A stretch of DNA of 35,347 bases. Origin: Malacoraja senta (lineage: Eukaryota). The DNA is taken from the NCBI GenBank assembly GCA_038087875.1, contig JAXLNO010000489.1, positions 1 to 35,347 of the forward strand. The letters run 5' to 3'. The position numbers were made by a program, and so were the translations under genes. Positions 34,771 to 35,347 of this stretch are shown piece after piece; within the stretch, counting starts at the first letter, position 1; every line of letters starts with the position of its first letter. The notes beneath the pieces were generated by a model. It was given only the letters and a program-made list of their open reading frames with translations. It searched no databases and had not been told where the DNA came from.

Positions 34771-35347
34771 ATCCGGCAGGGTCGCCAGAAATCCGGCAAG
34801 TTCGCCATAAATCCGGCAAGGTCGCCATAAATCCGGCAAGGTCGCCATATTTCCGGCAAGGTCGCCATATTTCCGACAAGATCGCCATAAATCCGGCGAG
34901 GTCGCCATGTTTCCGGCAAGGTCGCCATATATCCGGCGAGGTCGCCATATTTCCTGCAAGGACGCCATTTATCCGGCAAGGCCGCATTAAATCCGGCGAG
35001 GTCGCCATATTTCCGGCAAGGTCGCCACAAATCCGGCTAGGTCGCCATAAATCCGGCAAGGTCGCCAGAAGTCTAGCAAGGCCGCCATATTTCCGGCAAG
35101 GTCGCCATAAATCCGGCGAGGTCGCCATATTTCCTGCAAGGTCGCCATAAATCAGGCGAGGTCGCCATATTTCCGGAAAGGTCGCCATATTTCCGGCAAG
35201 TTCGCCACAAATTCGGCGAGGTCGCCATATTTCCGGCAAGGTGGCCATATATCCGGCAAGGTCTCCATAAATCCGGCGAGGTCGCCACATTTCCGGCAAA
35301 GTCGACACAAATCCGGCAAGGGTGCCATATTTCCGGCAATGTCGCCA

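Larger units (their letters stand above)
32481..35347 (+). repeat. 20-bp satellite array, subfamily B (forward, open at the right edge)
   Basis: Dominated by CCATATTTCC and GGCGAGGTCGCC monomers. I see no GGGAATGTC variant, and CCACATTTCC only once (near 35285). Confidence 0.93.

Noticed and set aside
245..35339. Hundreds of ORFs up to 651 aa (MATLPDLWRPCRIYGDLAGF repeats; RQGRHKSGKVATNPARSP on the other strand)
   Set aside because: The reverse-complement monomer has no stop codon in any frame and contains ATG, so three monomers give a 20-aa repeat in all frames. The ORFs overlap in every frame, flip with the inversion, and are broken by frame-indifferent indels. There is no domain or codon-position signal.
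186..35347. CRISPR-like array or msDNA/retron-type repeat system
   Set aside because: There are no unique spacers (only a 5-nt low-complexity linker), no cas or bacterial RT genes, and the context is a vertebrate LINE.
186..35347. CpG-island promoter or telomeric repeat
   Set aside because: The CpG density comes solely from the monomer. There is no associated gene and no TTAGGG tract.

Overview
This is a eukaryotic, essentially non-coding window. Bases 1-187 are the 3' end of a CR1-clade LINE of the shark/ray (HER1-like) type. It comprises the ORF2 C-terminus AIFKRELDVALVAKGIRGYGEKAGTGY*, a 3' UTR stem-loop and a (TCTATGTA)3 tail. That family assignment is from my recognition of the sequence, not a database search, and suggests an elasmobranch source, possibly a skate. 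The remaining ~35.2 kb (186-35347, open at the right edge) is one CpG-rich tandem satellite of ~1,760 20-bp monomers, consensus AAATCCGGCAAGGTCGCCAY. The array has three layers of structure: (i) a large subfamily-A domain (186-31507) with a loose 60-bp trimer rhythm and many nested 0.2-1.8 kb duplications, plus one 8.2-kb-spaced duplication; (ii) a ~0.97-kb inverted block (31508-32481) with tight fold-back junctions; (iii) a distinct subfamily-B domain (32481-end). The hundreds of ORFs in the track are translation artefacts of the repeat. I find no support for a new protein-coding system. The most notable feature is the inversion sitting exactly at the A/B subfamily boundary.
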